A stretch of 64,000 nt of DNA. It comes from Octopus vulgaris. Lineage: Eukaryota. Location of the stretch: NCBI GenBank assembly GCA_951406725.2, contig OX597838.1, positions 6,138,001 through 6,202,000 of the forward strand, given 5' to 3'. Below are positions 1-12,176 of this stretch, piece by piece (position 1 is the stretch's first letter; each line of letters begins with the position of its first letter). The translations under genes were made by a program, and so were the position numbers. The notes beneath the pieces were generated by a model. It saw only the letters and a program-made list of their open reading frames with translations. It was not told where the DNA came from and made no database searches.

Positions 1-159
1 TACATCAACCCCAGTGAGTAACTGGTGCTTAATTTATCGACCCCGAAAGGATGAAAGGCAAAGTCGACCTCGGCGGAATTTGAACTCACAACGTAACGGC
101 AGACGAAATACCGCTTAATGTTTCGCCCGGCGCGCTAACGATTCTGCCAGCTCGCCGCC
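1..159 (-). mobile_element. SINE family A, 5' part (runs off window edge)
   Basis: Reverse complement begins GGCGGCGAGCTGGCAGAATCGTTAGC (A-box-like) and contains GTTCAAATTCC (B box) and GCCTTTCATCCTTTCGGGGTCGATAAATTAAG; near-identical to copies at 26201, 41244 and 45467. Confidence 0.9.
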
Positions 160-449
160 TTAAGCCATTCACTACGCACTTCAAATGTCAGTAAGTTCGA
201 TTAAGCTTGTCAGATGACCTACATGGCTAGAAATAACAGCTAAATTACTCACATACTGTACTTAAAGAATATAATAGCATGCATATATGTGCACGTATTT
301 ATGTGCTTTGACTACAACTTGAGAGAATTGTGGCTACTATTTCTAGCAATATACGTGTTCTAACAACGTTACTCGCATTTACATACATTTAGAGTGCATA
401 TATATATATATATCTCGAGGCATAATCCAGTCAGGTTGATTGCGCGGGC

Positions 450-675
450 GCACTGCACGTAACATTCCGGTGTAGGCATCGTACAGCATGCACCTGAGTC
501 GCTTGGTGTCAGTCCGAGTCAGAGATCCATAGAGAAGAACAGATTCAACAACTGCTCTGAAGAACTATTTCTTCAGTTTTAGTGGTAGGGTTGATTTCCG
601 TATTGTCCATATTGTTTTAAGATTGTCTATAGCTGCCCAAGCCTTAGCAACACGTGGTATATCTTTCTATGTGAT
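450..675 (-). mobile_element. RTE-clade LINE fragment (post-RT region, pseudogenised)
   Basis: Manual minus-strand translation KDIPRVAKAWAAIDNLKTIWTIRKSTLPLKLKK*FFRAVVESVLLYGSLTRTDTKRLRCMLYDAYTGMLRAV matches the RTE motif RIAKAW...FRAxVESVLLYGSETW...YTRMLR; one in-frame stop. Confidence 0.85.
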
Positions 676-1575
676 ATATGTTCTCACTTCCTGTCCTCTA
701 AGATCGTAGCCCACGAAGGTGAGTTTTTACTTTCACCCTTCCAGAATCCATATCAATTTACCCATCCGTGTTCTTGAATAGACGGAATTGCGGAGTGTCT
801 GATGAGTTTGCGATGTTGTGGCGGTGTCCGCACTGGACCTTTAGAATGTTACCGCAATACCTGCGATGATTCTGCTGTCCAGAAGCGTTAGTCATTGAGA
901 TAAGATATTTTATGTTGTAGGCAAGTTAGAGACTGCGCATAAAGGACCCAAATCATTGCTCTCTTTGTGAGACAGGAATACTAGAGACACCTTAAAATGG
1001 AATAAATAACGGATCTGTAGCATGAAATATACTTCTAGACCCCATCTGTTTAATCAGAGCCGGCCTAGGCTAAACGAATGCAGCATAAAGAAAAAAAAAA
1101 CGTTTGTAAAGAGATTTCTCGAGTAAAGACATCATGTATTAATGTATTAGTTACATTAGTTTTGCAGATGCTGTTGGAGGAGAACGGAAGATGGTGTTAT
1201 CGTTACACATTCGTAACAAAAATGAATTTAAAAAAAACCATGATTAGTAGAGAAGCTATCACAATTTCCATCATCATCATGTTCGTCGTCGCCGTACTCA
1301 TCAGCACCAACGCCTGCGTCATCGCTAGCGTGATCGCCATCAGCATGGTTGCTATTCAAAAAGAACTTGAATGCAGTAAATAGGTTTCCGGATGGCGAGC
1401 TGAATTCAATAGAATGATCTGTTTCATCTAAAACTATTGCAAAATTCGGACGGTGTAAGTCTGATTGAAATAAATAGATTGTACACAAATAAATAAATAA
1501 ATAAATAAACAAACCCAAACATACAAACACACACACACACACCGGGAACGTGTACGTACACATAAGTGCTATGTG

Positions 1576-1615
<40 letters not shown>

Positions 1616-2404
1616 CATATTGATACATATGTATAGTACGTAACATCAAACATAATATTCATGCTGGGTGTACACACACACACACACATGCATACATACA
1701 TATATAACTATATATTATGTTGAATTCTGCTTATGCGATTGTGAGTGGAGAAAAATACCGTGCCCATTATTACTGAGATATAGTTATACTTTAGGAGATG
1801 TCTGAAAGATAAGCTAAATATGAAGACAAGTTTTATGAGAAATATTGTTGAAGATGTTTGAGCTATCATTTAACCCCGGGTCAATCCAGATTCAACAGGT
1901 CTGTGATCAAAGATATTCCGTTTTATTTATGCTGTCGTTTATTCGGTTTGTCTGGGGGTACATTTTATTTGTATGTCTCTCGTGTTTTAAAATTGCAGAG
2001 ATGTAATATCAGGGAAATATTGATATTATTTCTATTACGTGGTATGACTGCACAAAGGGACGCTTTTCTGAATAATTGGAGATCTTTCAAAAACGGCAGG
2101 AAAATCAGACAAACTCACTGCAAGATATAACTAAAATGCGAAATGTATACCCGTCTTTCACTGAAAATAATTATAATTTCATCACATGGACAGCATTTCT
2201 GAGGGAAGGGGAAATGTCTATTACTCGTGCAGATGGGGGTTCTTCACTTGTACATATTTTATCGAGTATGTAATCTTGAATTTCAAAGTATTCAGAATAT
2301 AAGGAGAGAAAAGAAACGCAGGTAAGCATTTAGCTTGATGCGTTACCAATTCTGCCATTTCATGCCCTTCCCCACGGTTAATAATAATAATAATAATAAT
2401 AATA

Positions 2405-2590
2405 GTTTCAAATTTTGGCTTGAGGCCAGCAAGTTCGGTTGTGTGGCTAAGTCGATTACATTGACCCCAATGTTTCACTGGTACTTATATTATCGGGCAC
2501 CGAAAGCACAAAAAGCAAAGTCGACCTCGGTGGAATTTGAACTTTAAAGGCGAAGACACCGTCAGTAGCAATTATTTCGTTCGCAATGAA
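2405..2590 (-). mobile_element. SINE family A, old diverged copy interrupted by a family B insertion
   Basis: Contains AAAGTCGACCTCGGTGGAATTTGAACT and AGTCGATTACATTGACCCCA, matching family A. Confidence 0.75.
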
Positions 2591-2592
2591 TA

Positions 2593-2997
2593 GGCGCAGG
2601 AGTGGCTGTGTGGTAGGTAGCTTGTTAACCAACCACATGGTTCCGGGTTCAGTCCCACTGCGTAGCACCTTGGCCAAGTGTCTTCTACTTTAGCCTCGGG
2701 CCGACCAAAGCCTTTTGAGTGGATTTGGTAGACGGAAACTGAAAGAAGCCCGTCGTATATATGTATATATATATATATGTATGTGTGTGTCTGTGTTTGT
2801 CCCCCTAGCATTGCTTGACAACCGATGCTGGTGTGTTTACGTCCCCGTTACTTAGCGGTTCGGCAAAAGAGACAGATAGAATAAGTACTGGGCTTACAAA
2901 AGAATAAGTCCCGGGGTCGAGTTGCTCGATTAAAGGCTGTGCTCCAGCATGGCCGCAGTCAAATGACTGAAACAAGCAAAAGAATAAAGAATAAAAT
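2593..2997 (+). mobile_element. SINE family B, full length (tRNA head, CORE-like segment, internal TA/TG microsatellite)
   Basis: Head GGCGCAGGAGTGGCTGTGTGG...GGTTCAGTCCC, then CACCTTGGCCAAGTG (CORE-domain-like, from memory), an internal microsatellite and an A-rich tail. 7-bp TSD AATGAAT at 2585-2591 and 2998-3004. Near-identical to copies at 18350 and 29925. Confidence 0.92.
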
Positions 2998-5194
2998 AAT
3001 GAATCAGCTGCAAATTTGTAGCTTCTACAGCTTGTCAACAAATGTCTGTCAGTAATCAAACTATTCTACCCGCGCAACTGAAATTATTGATGATTTTGTA
3101 AAGTTCTATTAAACTATCGATCGATCGAACTTGTGTCAACATATTATGTACCATACGAAAGATATGAATCATTTTTTAAAAAAATCAATATATTCGCCTA
3201 TATCGAACTTCCGCCAACATGAGCATCCGTTGTTCACTCCTATGTGCATCGGTTAATTGTAGGAAGTGCAGCGTTTTACTCTGGTAATGTTATAACTCAT
3301 TCCAGTCTTGTGTTTCCGCATGTGTGTTATTTTGTAAACCTAAGACAGTCTTTATCAAGCTAGCAGCAACCATCCCATCTCGTTTCTAATTTTCGACACA
3401 TACATAAAACCACGCAAACCAAAGCACCGTATTTTCTTCAAAATTTTCTTTTAGGCTGAAGACTATGGCGTATGAATAGCTAGTATACGGACACTATTGT
3501 TCGGTGAAGGATACGGTCATGGATGATTGGTGACGGTTACAGATACGGTTCATCGGTGAAGATTACAAGAAAGTCTAGAGGGTCATGTAGAGTTATGATA
3601 TATCATATAAATCGGCGTGAAGCATTTAACATTTTGACAGATTTTAGATTTTATTAGTAATATGGAAAATAATACTTTTTATTGCGGTGGGAGAATGATG
3701 AAGCTAATTGTATCCAATTGTATTTTTTCAGTCTGCGTATAAAGGAGAATAATTGGTGGTACTTGTAGAATACGTTGCTAAGCAGTGTTCAATGTAGATA
3801 TAGAAGAAAGGGAGATTTATTGTGAACGTGAGAAAAGCACGTCTTTTCAAAATATTGAGAGATGAGAGTACTATAGACTCCAGGCTAAATGGAAGGTACC
3901 TTGTCGTGTTGTGAGCTCTGAAGTATATGGTACTTCAAAGATGTGCTATGAAAAGAGGGTGCACAGTATATAGGACATGGAGAAATAGAACACAATGTAG
4001 AGTTTGTTCGCATGAAGAATTTGGTGTCCTTTGTGGATAATCTGGAGTTACTAATTTTATATGATTTGCATTATTCAACGCTCGGAGAAGCAGTCGGTCT
4101 TTGTATGAATAGGAGGAATGAGCGCAGAATGTAGGAGTCGGCTTGGTGCAGGAGGAGAACATCGTAATGCTGGGTGGAGGGAGAAGATTCCAGGAGTGGA
4201 TTAAGGGCAGATTGCAGTTGTGGCGGAATAAAGATGCGCATTTCGTAGTGCTTAGGAAACTTAGGGCCTATCGCAGGGCTTGGAAAACTGGGCGCATTGT
4301 AGGGCTGTTGAAAGGGGGTACACTGTGTAGACCTGGGAGAAAGGGTTGGGTAAACGAAGTCAGTATTGTAAAACTGAGAGAAGTGGGTGTCCATCAGAAA
4401 CATGGGGAAAATATGATAATAAACTGGTCAACTAGCATAAGGCATAAATACTTGGCACTAGTTTTTAATGCATGTAGACTATGAAAGCAACATTCCAGTA
4501 ACGAAATTATTATAGAAGCTAAAAGTTTGCCATCGCTTGTCTCAGCAAAAGACAGATATATTGGCTTACGTGTACATCATTCTTCTGTACAGATTGTACA
4601 AAGTAATTTGGAAACAAATTTGTGCTGTCTTGCTAAGAGTATGTGAGACTATTGTTTGTATTTATTTTATTGATGTTTGAGGTTGTCATGGCGTTGTTAG
4701 GAAGAATATTGATTATATATGTAACGATCTTTTATTGGTTTCTCGTGGCATGTAGGTTCAAAGGCTTGACTTAAAATTCTCATTGCATGTTTTATTTAAG
4801 AGTAGTCGTTTAATTACTTGATACTGAGATTGGTATTTTTCTATTGTACGTCATATTGGTCTTTTCTTCTTTACTTTTTTTTCCTAGTTTGCATCAGATT
4901 AACTATTTCTGTCTGTTTCTTCAGTTTGTATGTTATTTTTGTCTTTCCTTCAGTGATATACTTTTTTTCAGGAAGCGTTTTCGAGAAACATTTTTTTTTT
5001 TTTTTTTATCTCAGTTACTACTGTAATTTTGTCAACCATTTCAGAATCTGGTAATTCTTGATTGATTTCTTCTATAGTAATCGAAGAATTTCCAGAAATA
5101 TTTTCGAGTTTAACGAAAGTGAATACATTTGAACGACTAATGAGTTTGTTAATGAGTTATACGTCATAAGAGTGTGTACCAGTTGGTGCTATGC

Positions 5195-5335
5195 AAAATA
5201 TACTCAACGGCATTCTGTCCGCTATTAATTTCTGAATTACAATGTTGCCGAGGTCGACTGCACCTTTCATCCGTTCGAGGTCAATAAAATATGAACTTGT
5301 TGGAAACCGGAATCGATGTAATCGAATATCCAAAT
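5195..5335 (+). mobile_element. SINE family A, diverged remnant
   Basis: GCCGAGGTCGACTGCACCTTTCATCCGTTCGAGGTCAATAAAAT and TCGATGTAATCGA motifs. Confidence 0.7.
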
Positions 5336-5404
5336 CCCAACCGAAATTACTGACTGAAATTTGAAATCATCATCATCGTCCTCATCATAATCATCAACAT
5401 CCTC

Positions 5405-5780
5405 ATTATTAGTATTTTGATTTGGCTTAGATATGGTCTTATTCCTCGTAGGATTTAATGGGTAGCGTGTCACTACCTGTAACTTTAAGTATCAAAAAAT
5501 TTCACGTAGTCTTTCAGGTGCTTAGAGCCCTCCTGATAATCCTCGTTTTCCCTAAGAGAGAAACGTTCTCTAGGAGTTCTACCGGGCATTCTCTTCCAAT
5601 TTACTTCCGCCATTTGTCTATATCTCTGCTCACTGTTCCTAACGCACTAATTATTATAGACACGGCCTTTACCGACCGCATGCACCACATTCTTCCTATT
5701 TCAAATTTTAAGGGATTGTATATATTTTTTCCCTGTTTCTTAACGATCCTGGAATCAAACAGGCATGATGAATCGATCGA
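5405..5780 (-). mobile_element. R4/Dong-clade non-LTR retrotransposon 3' end (restriction-like endonuclease C-terminus plus 3' UTR)
   Basis: Translation IDSSCLFDSRIVKKQGKNIYNPLKFEIGRMWCMRSVKAVSIIISALGTVSRDIDKWRK*IGRECPVELLENVSLLGKTRIIRRALST* matches the RLE-LINE C-terminal pattern IDxxxPxD...YxxLKxEIxRLW...PIIIGALG...LQKxALLGTARIIRRVL. Stop at 5514-5516; short TAA-rich tail. Confidence 0.85.
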
Positions 5781-5782
5781 CC

Positions 5783-5980
5783 GAATCGTTAGCAAGTCGG
5801 GCAAACTGCTTAGCGGCATTTTGTCGGTCCTTACGTCTTGAGTTCAAATGTCGCCACAGTTCCCTTTGCCTTTCATCCTTCAGGGGTCGATAACATAAAT
5901 ACCAGTTGAGTACTGTGAGTGCTGTAATGGACTAATACCTTTCCCTTGAATTCCGGGCCTTGTGATTATAATAGAAAAGG
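5783..5980 (+). mobile_element. SINE family A (older subfamily), slightly 5'-truncated
   Basis: GAATCGTTAGCA...GAGTTCAAAT...GCCTTTCATCCTTCAGGGGTCGATAA...GGCCTTGTG...TAGAAAAGG. Confidence 0.8.
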
Positions 5981-6196
5981 TTATTATAAGTGATCACAGT
6001 TCATTTGTGATGTAACACACCGAATATACTCGTGTAAAGTTGAATTCTTTAGACCATTTATGAGATCGACTATTCCATGAAAATTACTTTTGAGCGGCTG
6101 AAATTCAAACTAGAATCCGAAGTATCGTATCAAGAGCAGAAGCCCATCTGATCTTTAAGCGAATGAAAAAAAAATACGAAGAATTTCAGTAAAAGT

Positions 6197-6401
6197 CCTT
6201 TCTACTGTAGGTACAAGGCCTGAAATTTTGGAGGAGGGCGGGGCAGTCAATTAGATCGACTCCAGTGCGCAACTGGTACTTAATTTATCGAACCAGAAAG
6301 AATGAAAGGCAAAGTCGACCGCGGCGGAATTTGAACTCAGACAGGCGAAATACCGCTAAGCGTTTTGTCCAGCATGCTAACGATTCTGCCAGCTCACCGC
6401 C
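6197..6401 (-). mobile_element. SINE family A (older subfamily)
   Basis: GAAAGGCAAAGTCGACCGCGGCGGAATTTGAACTCAG...CTAACGATTCTGCCAGCTCACCGCC. Confidence 0.88.
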
Positions 6402-6489
6402 ATTTGCATTACTCATGGCATGGAAGAATTCTCCATTTTCTTCATTTCCTTTTTCTCCATTTCTAAGGCGCAGCCTTCCGATCAGATAG

Positions 6490-6595
6490 TTGGTTGGCCT
6501 GCTCGCCTATCCGACGGGGTGGCATCACTCACCAGTTAAATCTATGCAAAGTACATTGTTGCCAGCGATGTATAACATCCGATTGTCTGGTTATT
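6490..6595 (+). mobile_element. Isolated 3' tail of SINE family D (or of its partner LINE)
   Basis: GTTGGCCTGCTCGC...CATTGTTGCCAGCGATGTATAACATCCGATTGTCTGG aligns to the 3' ends of the copies at 42626, 52811 and 59498. Confidence 0.7.
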
Positions 6596-7757
6596 CCCAT
6601 CTACATACATTTACAAACATATCCTTCATTTTTTGACATCTTGGGAAGAATGCGATGTGAATTTGATTTGGCTGTACATTCTAAGATGTCCACATACATG
6701 ATATAGCGAAGCATCATAAATATTTTAACGCAAAATTCTTAGTTTTAAAATGGAATAGTTTCTACTTGTTATTGAGAAAAGCCATTCGCAGACGACTACA
6801 AAACGTTTCAAATAGATTTGGCTTCATTTTTAAATTCAGTCACCGGATTTATGTCTGATCTTTCATTGCACCATTCACTGGTTTTGCATTGATAATCTCA
6901 GCAAGAAATATCATATCTCATTCAGAAATATTTATCATTTCTCTCTTTCTAATTATCGTTCACTCTCCTATCTCATTCACGCCATCTCTCTCTCTCACCA
7001 CCTTCCATATATGTAGATAATCGAATGGGCAAGTTGTAGCTAGTTTTTGCTACTTTTTTTTATTATTATCTCCCAAATACTTTAAGGTCACAGTACTAAA
7101 GGTTATTGGAAGGTCGCAAGCATTATCAATTACTTGATGGTCAGTTGAATGTTAACACTATGTCACTCTGTCGGTTCGAATTAAGATAGTATTCAGTTTC
7201 GACAATACTTCAACTGCTTTCTTGAACCACTAAGAAGACTGGCAGTACATCGAGAAAACAGAGGGACGGTAGAAAGAGAGATATAGAAAGAGAGAGGAAG
7301 AAAGAAAAAGATTGTAGGAAAGCGTGAGTAATGGAGGGAGAGATTTCTGAAATTTGACTACAGCTTCCTTACAGCTATGATTGACATACACTTCTAGACG
7401 TACATGTGCATAGAAAGCTTACACACTCACATACAAACGTGTGTATATTCATGTACAGAAGCAGACAAATAAATATATATATACGTATTTTTGTCTATTT
7501 ACATGGGTATGTAATATACATTTCTACACATACTGACTTGTATACATGTACTTGTGTGTAACTGAATATATATATAAAGCGAGTGTTTCCATGTGATTGT
7601 GCTTTCACGTGTCTATCTATATATAGACTTTTGTAGCCATGTGCACATATATGTCATCGTACATATCTCTGAATATACCCTTTGTCAAAATGAATTTATA
7701 TAAATGTATACACTCATATATATATATATATATACACGTATATATATATATACATAT

Positions 7758-7804
<47 letters not shown>

Positions 7805-9581
7805 TATATATATATATACATATACACACACACACATATATATATATATATGATTGTGTTTGTGAAATGGTGTGTTTATGTGTATGTGGGTTTGAGAAGA
7901 TGAGTGTGTATAAGTGGAAGATTGACGTTCGTAGCATCCCGAAAAAAGAACTGAATTGACCAATTTCCCTGCGGATAATATTCTATTGTCATCGCCTCAA
8001 TCCTTCCGCTGATAGGAGATCAATAATATTTCATAAAAGAAATCCCTCCGGATTTCCATTTCTATACCAACTTATACAATTTGAACTTAGAATTAATAAT
8101 CAGATTTTTCTTATTTTTTCTCCTGTATTTTTTCCCTATCAATATTTTATTTCCAGTACTCTGCTGTTAATGTTTTGATATTTTTCTCGTTATAGATTCT
8201 TCTTATTAAATTCTCTTGAAATTTTCTAATATAACTTTTTTTAATATTTATTTTTTTGCCACGAATGTTTTTGGAATTTCCAAAGCATAAATAAAACGTT
8301 GTGTAATAAACTAAAGGCTGTATCTCATTTTTCTTTAGTTCCATAACGCGAATTTTTATTTTCTATAATTAAAATTTGGTCCACCGCTAATCTTAATTTT
8401 GGAGTTGATAAATGAATAACAGGCAAACTATGCGGGGTCGAAATACACAACTAAATCTCTTGTGTTGACACATGGCTATTACAGCACCACTGCTAATACT
8501 GGGTTTTCTGTGAATGGCTATGAACGATTACTAAGGATAGATGGAGTTATGCCAAATGATTTAATCAATAGTTTATTTTATGACGTGACCAATACTCAAG
8601 AGAAAACACTTTTTAAGCTGAAGGTGAGTGGAGTTCAGACATAAATCCAAGACTGACAAATATTTTACTTCTCGTACAGAACCAAAGCCCTTTGGAATTA
8701 ATAGAGTGAGCCAAGCAGTATCATTGAATTACAATTATATCTATCAGCAAAAGCAGGGAAGTAAACCCTAAAATCTTGAGTTAAGTTTAGGAAGAAGAGA
8801 CCTCATGACATATTTACCCATTATTAATCTTCCTCGGCGAATTATTGACATTCTTCTAGAGAGGATTCTATGCAAATGCTTCGCAACTTAAATTACTTAT
8901 TTCTCGAATCTTCAGTATTCTTTGATGCGGATTGAGGAAGCTGAACCAATTTTTTGTCTTATCCTGCTTCAGTCCACTGATAAAAAAATATTCACAAATT
9001 TGTCTGAAATGTACCAAACAGGAATGATAGTATGTTGATGGTGTTCTCTATTTTTCCAGTGCTGTGTTCCCATTAAAAAGTACAGTAATATCGATTCTAT
9101 AACTTACGATTTCGGTTTTACATGAATGAGGGTATTTGGCAATAAAGTAACACTTCAAGCTCTATTTTTCAGAATCCCAGTCATGCTGCATCTCTGCGAG
9201 ATACTTCCACCGTCACCATTACGAACCGTCACTCCTGATGGAACTCCGAAGACTAGATAATTGTACGCAAGACACAACTCAGAAAATCGAGCGATATTAT
9301 GAAACAGTCTGAGGTGAGTATCCCTATTTATGTTAGTAATACGTCGCACATAAGAATGTGGGCTTGTGTGTATGTTTGAATGTGTGTCTGCGTGTGTTTG
9401 GGATATTTGTCAAAGATATAAATATGCAAGTTTTAGGTTTAGAAAACAAATAATATCTGTCAAGCACTGATAGACCACTTTGTCCTGTTTGAAGAAGAAT
9501 TATTGTTTTTAATACGGATTGTTATTATTTTCGATATAGCAATTTTAAGAATTACATTTTCTGAGAATATATGAGCCTATA

Positions 9582-9616
<35 letters not shown>

Positions 9617-10137
9617 AATGTAATAGACGCGGTAGGTTTTTTTTCCACCTTGCGCAACCAATTAATGTGTGTTCATTCATTCACTGCATGTACATGCACC
9701 GGTTCGTTTATAAATATATATTCCTATGTAACTTATTTCGTTTCTCTGTGCAGATCGCTCTGCTTCTACAAGACATTTTGTTTAAATATACGAGGCTACT
9801 TACATCATAACATGATTTTATACTTCTCTTTCATTTTTTGGGGGCGGGCCCGGCGTCACGTCGCCTACATATTGTATCATCGTGCAGTGTAAATACTTAA
9901 TTACACGCATGAATACAATGTCAAATTTAATTCAAGTGCAATTTGATATAACGAAAGAAGAAAAATTATATCTCCTCTTAAACAAGAATCTATTTCTATT
10001 GAAATCTTACCTTTTTCTTAATACAAATTCATAGATGCAAACACGTACAGTACCCGCACACTCACACAAACAATATGTGCGCCTCTGTATGTTTAAGCAT
10101 ATATATATATATTGTTTATTTTCGTGAACTTTCCCTT

Positions 10138-10172
<35 letters not shown>

Positions 10173-10585
10173 GCCAATGTGTGTGCGCATTTCTTTTCGT
10201 AGTGAATATATATGCAGCCACAAAATATTTGAGGGAGAACAAGGGAGGGTTCGAATAATATAAAGACATCGAAAAAGGCATACACACAAACAAAAAGAAA
10301 GAATGATAAAGAGATGGGAGAGAAAATATGATATGCACTACGCAGTATGGTTTAAAGTAATGAATAAAGTATTGGCTAGACATAACCCATGCGTGATAAG
10401 CTGAGTTATTTAACTTAACAGACATCTGGAGCCAGATATTTAACTACTTTGCATATGATTGACTTCACTCTTCCGGAATTATTTTTTCCAAAGTCAGCTA
10501 TAATAACGTACAAAGAGCACGAAAACAACATCCATCATGTAACATACACATAGTCAAATAAGAATACACTCACATAGACACACAC

Positions 10586-10633
<48 letters not shown>

Positions 10634-10971
10634 AAAAAACATATATAAAACTTCAAAGCTGAAACGCACATAGAAAATATATGTATTTAAAATAAGAAAA
10701 AAGAAAATAGAAAAAAACTAAACATTTTTCATACATCAAGTTGAAAGTCGCCATCGCACGAAAAATCCAAACAACTCTTTTATAAAAATTAAACCAACAG
10801 ACAAGCAGCCGTTAAAGAAACAGAAGAAAGCGATGCGAATTATATTCATACGTTTATGCCTATACACGAACACACACACACACACACACATATGTGAATA
10901 AATTTTTGTATATATGTAGAGAGAGATAGTCGGATAGATAGATGTACATATATAAATATTCAGATATGTTT

Positions 10972-11016
<45 letters not shown>

Positions 11017-12140
11017 GAATAGACTTTCATTACACATTCTCTCTATATATTACATATAAGAAGTACATATGAACGCGCGCACACATACACACACTAATAT
11101 ATATATATAAAATAATTTTTATATAAGTAATACACATCTATATATTTTTTTTTATGCGCATATACATTAATGGTATTTTAGTATTTCATTGAAGCTAATT
11201 GAGATAGAGCAAAACAAAATATTGGGCTATCAAATTCGGCTATAAAAATCCAAGTGTTAAGCAGATTAGTGCGTTTGTATGGATGTTACCACGCAATGGT
11301 TTGAATCAATTGTGAGCGATCTGTGCGTCTTGTCTAATAAAATTTCTTGAATACTAATCAATGAAGACACGATTCTTGATGGTATTCTTTCTCCAGATGA
11401 ATATTGATAAACGTGAGGATGTATACATACATACATTAATATGTGTGTGTGTGTGTATATGTGTGTGCGTGTATGAGTGTGTATGCATGCGAAACACAGA
11501 GCCGTGCTTGTATGTATAATTTAATGTGTACACCTACGTACTTTTTTTACATCTGTGTCCACATATAGAATTTGAAATAAACCTTTTATGTGTATTGTAC
11601 GTAACATTTAACACTACAAAACACACATACATTCACGCGCGCACACACACGCACATATATGTATATATATATATATACACACATATATATACACATATAC
11701 AAAACCATGTGCATGCGGTCATTCTGGAGCCCCTTCCCCCTGGACACTGTCATGCACAGGTTTTTGCTGGACCGACCAGCAGGAGATTTCTGAAGAATCC
11801 TCAATCACTTGGGGATTCTCAAACTCGAATCTGAGATTTCGCTGTGCCGTCCCTCGGTAAGACTTATTGAACCCTGATCATGACTGAAAATGAGTGAAAA
11901 TAATAATAACTTGTATAAAAAAAGGTCACACTTTGGTTCCATCCAGCGATTGACACTTGTACAAGGGCTTAAATTTAGTTAAACTAAGTTACGTGTCATG
12001 GATGAAAGAACATGTAAAACCTGAAAAACGGAGTGACTCTGCGAACCAAAACAGAGAGTAAGTTTACCATAGGTTGAGAAACGGCCGTAATCTGATGAAA
12101 ATTATGTTTAAATAAAAAAATATATATTCAACTCTAAGAC

Positions 12141-12176
<36 letters not shown>

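Noticed and set aside
1228-1460. Minus-strand phase-1 exon DLHRPNFAIVLDETDHSIEF...TAFKFFLN, faintly like a glutamate-receptor N-terminus
   Set aside because: The acceptor is plausible, but there is no credible donor before the frame runs into a degenerate GAT-type repeat; the similarity is too weak.
3900-4484. ORFs of 110-113 aa; possible Penelope GIY-YIG relic
   Set aside because: No convincing conserved motif on manual translation; BLASTx would be needed.
8147-8390. Possible Penelope thumb/linker relic (QPLVYYTTF)
   Set aside because: The resemblance is limited to a few residues in very AT-rich sequence.
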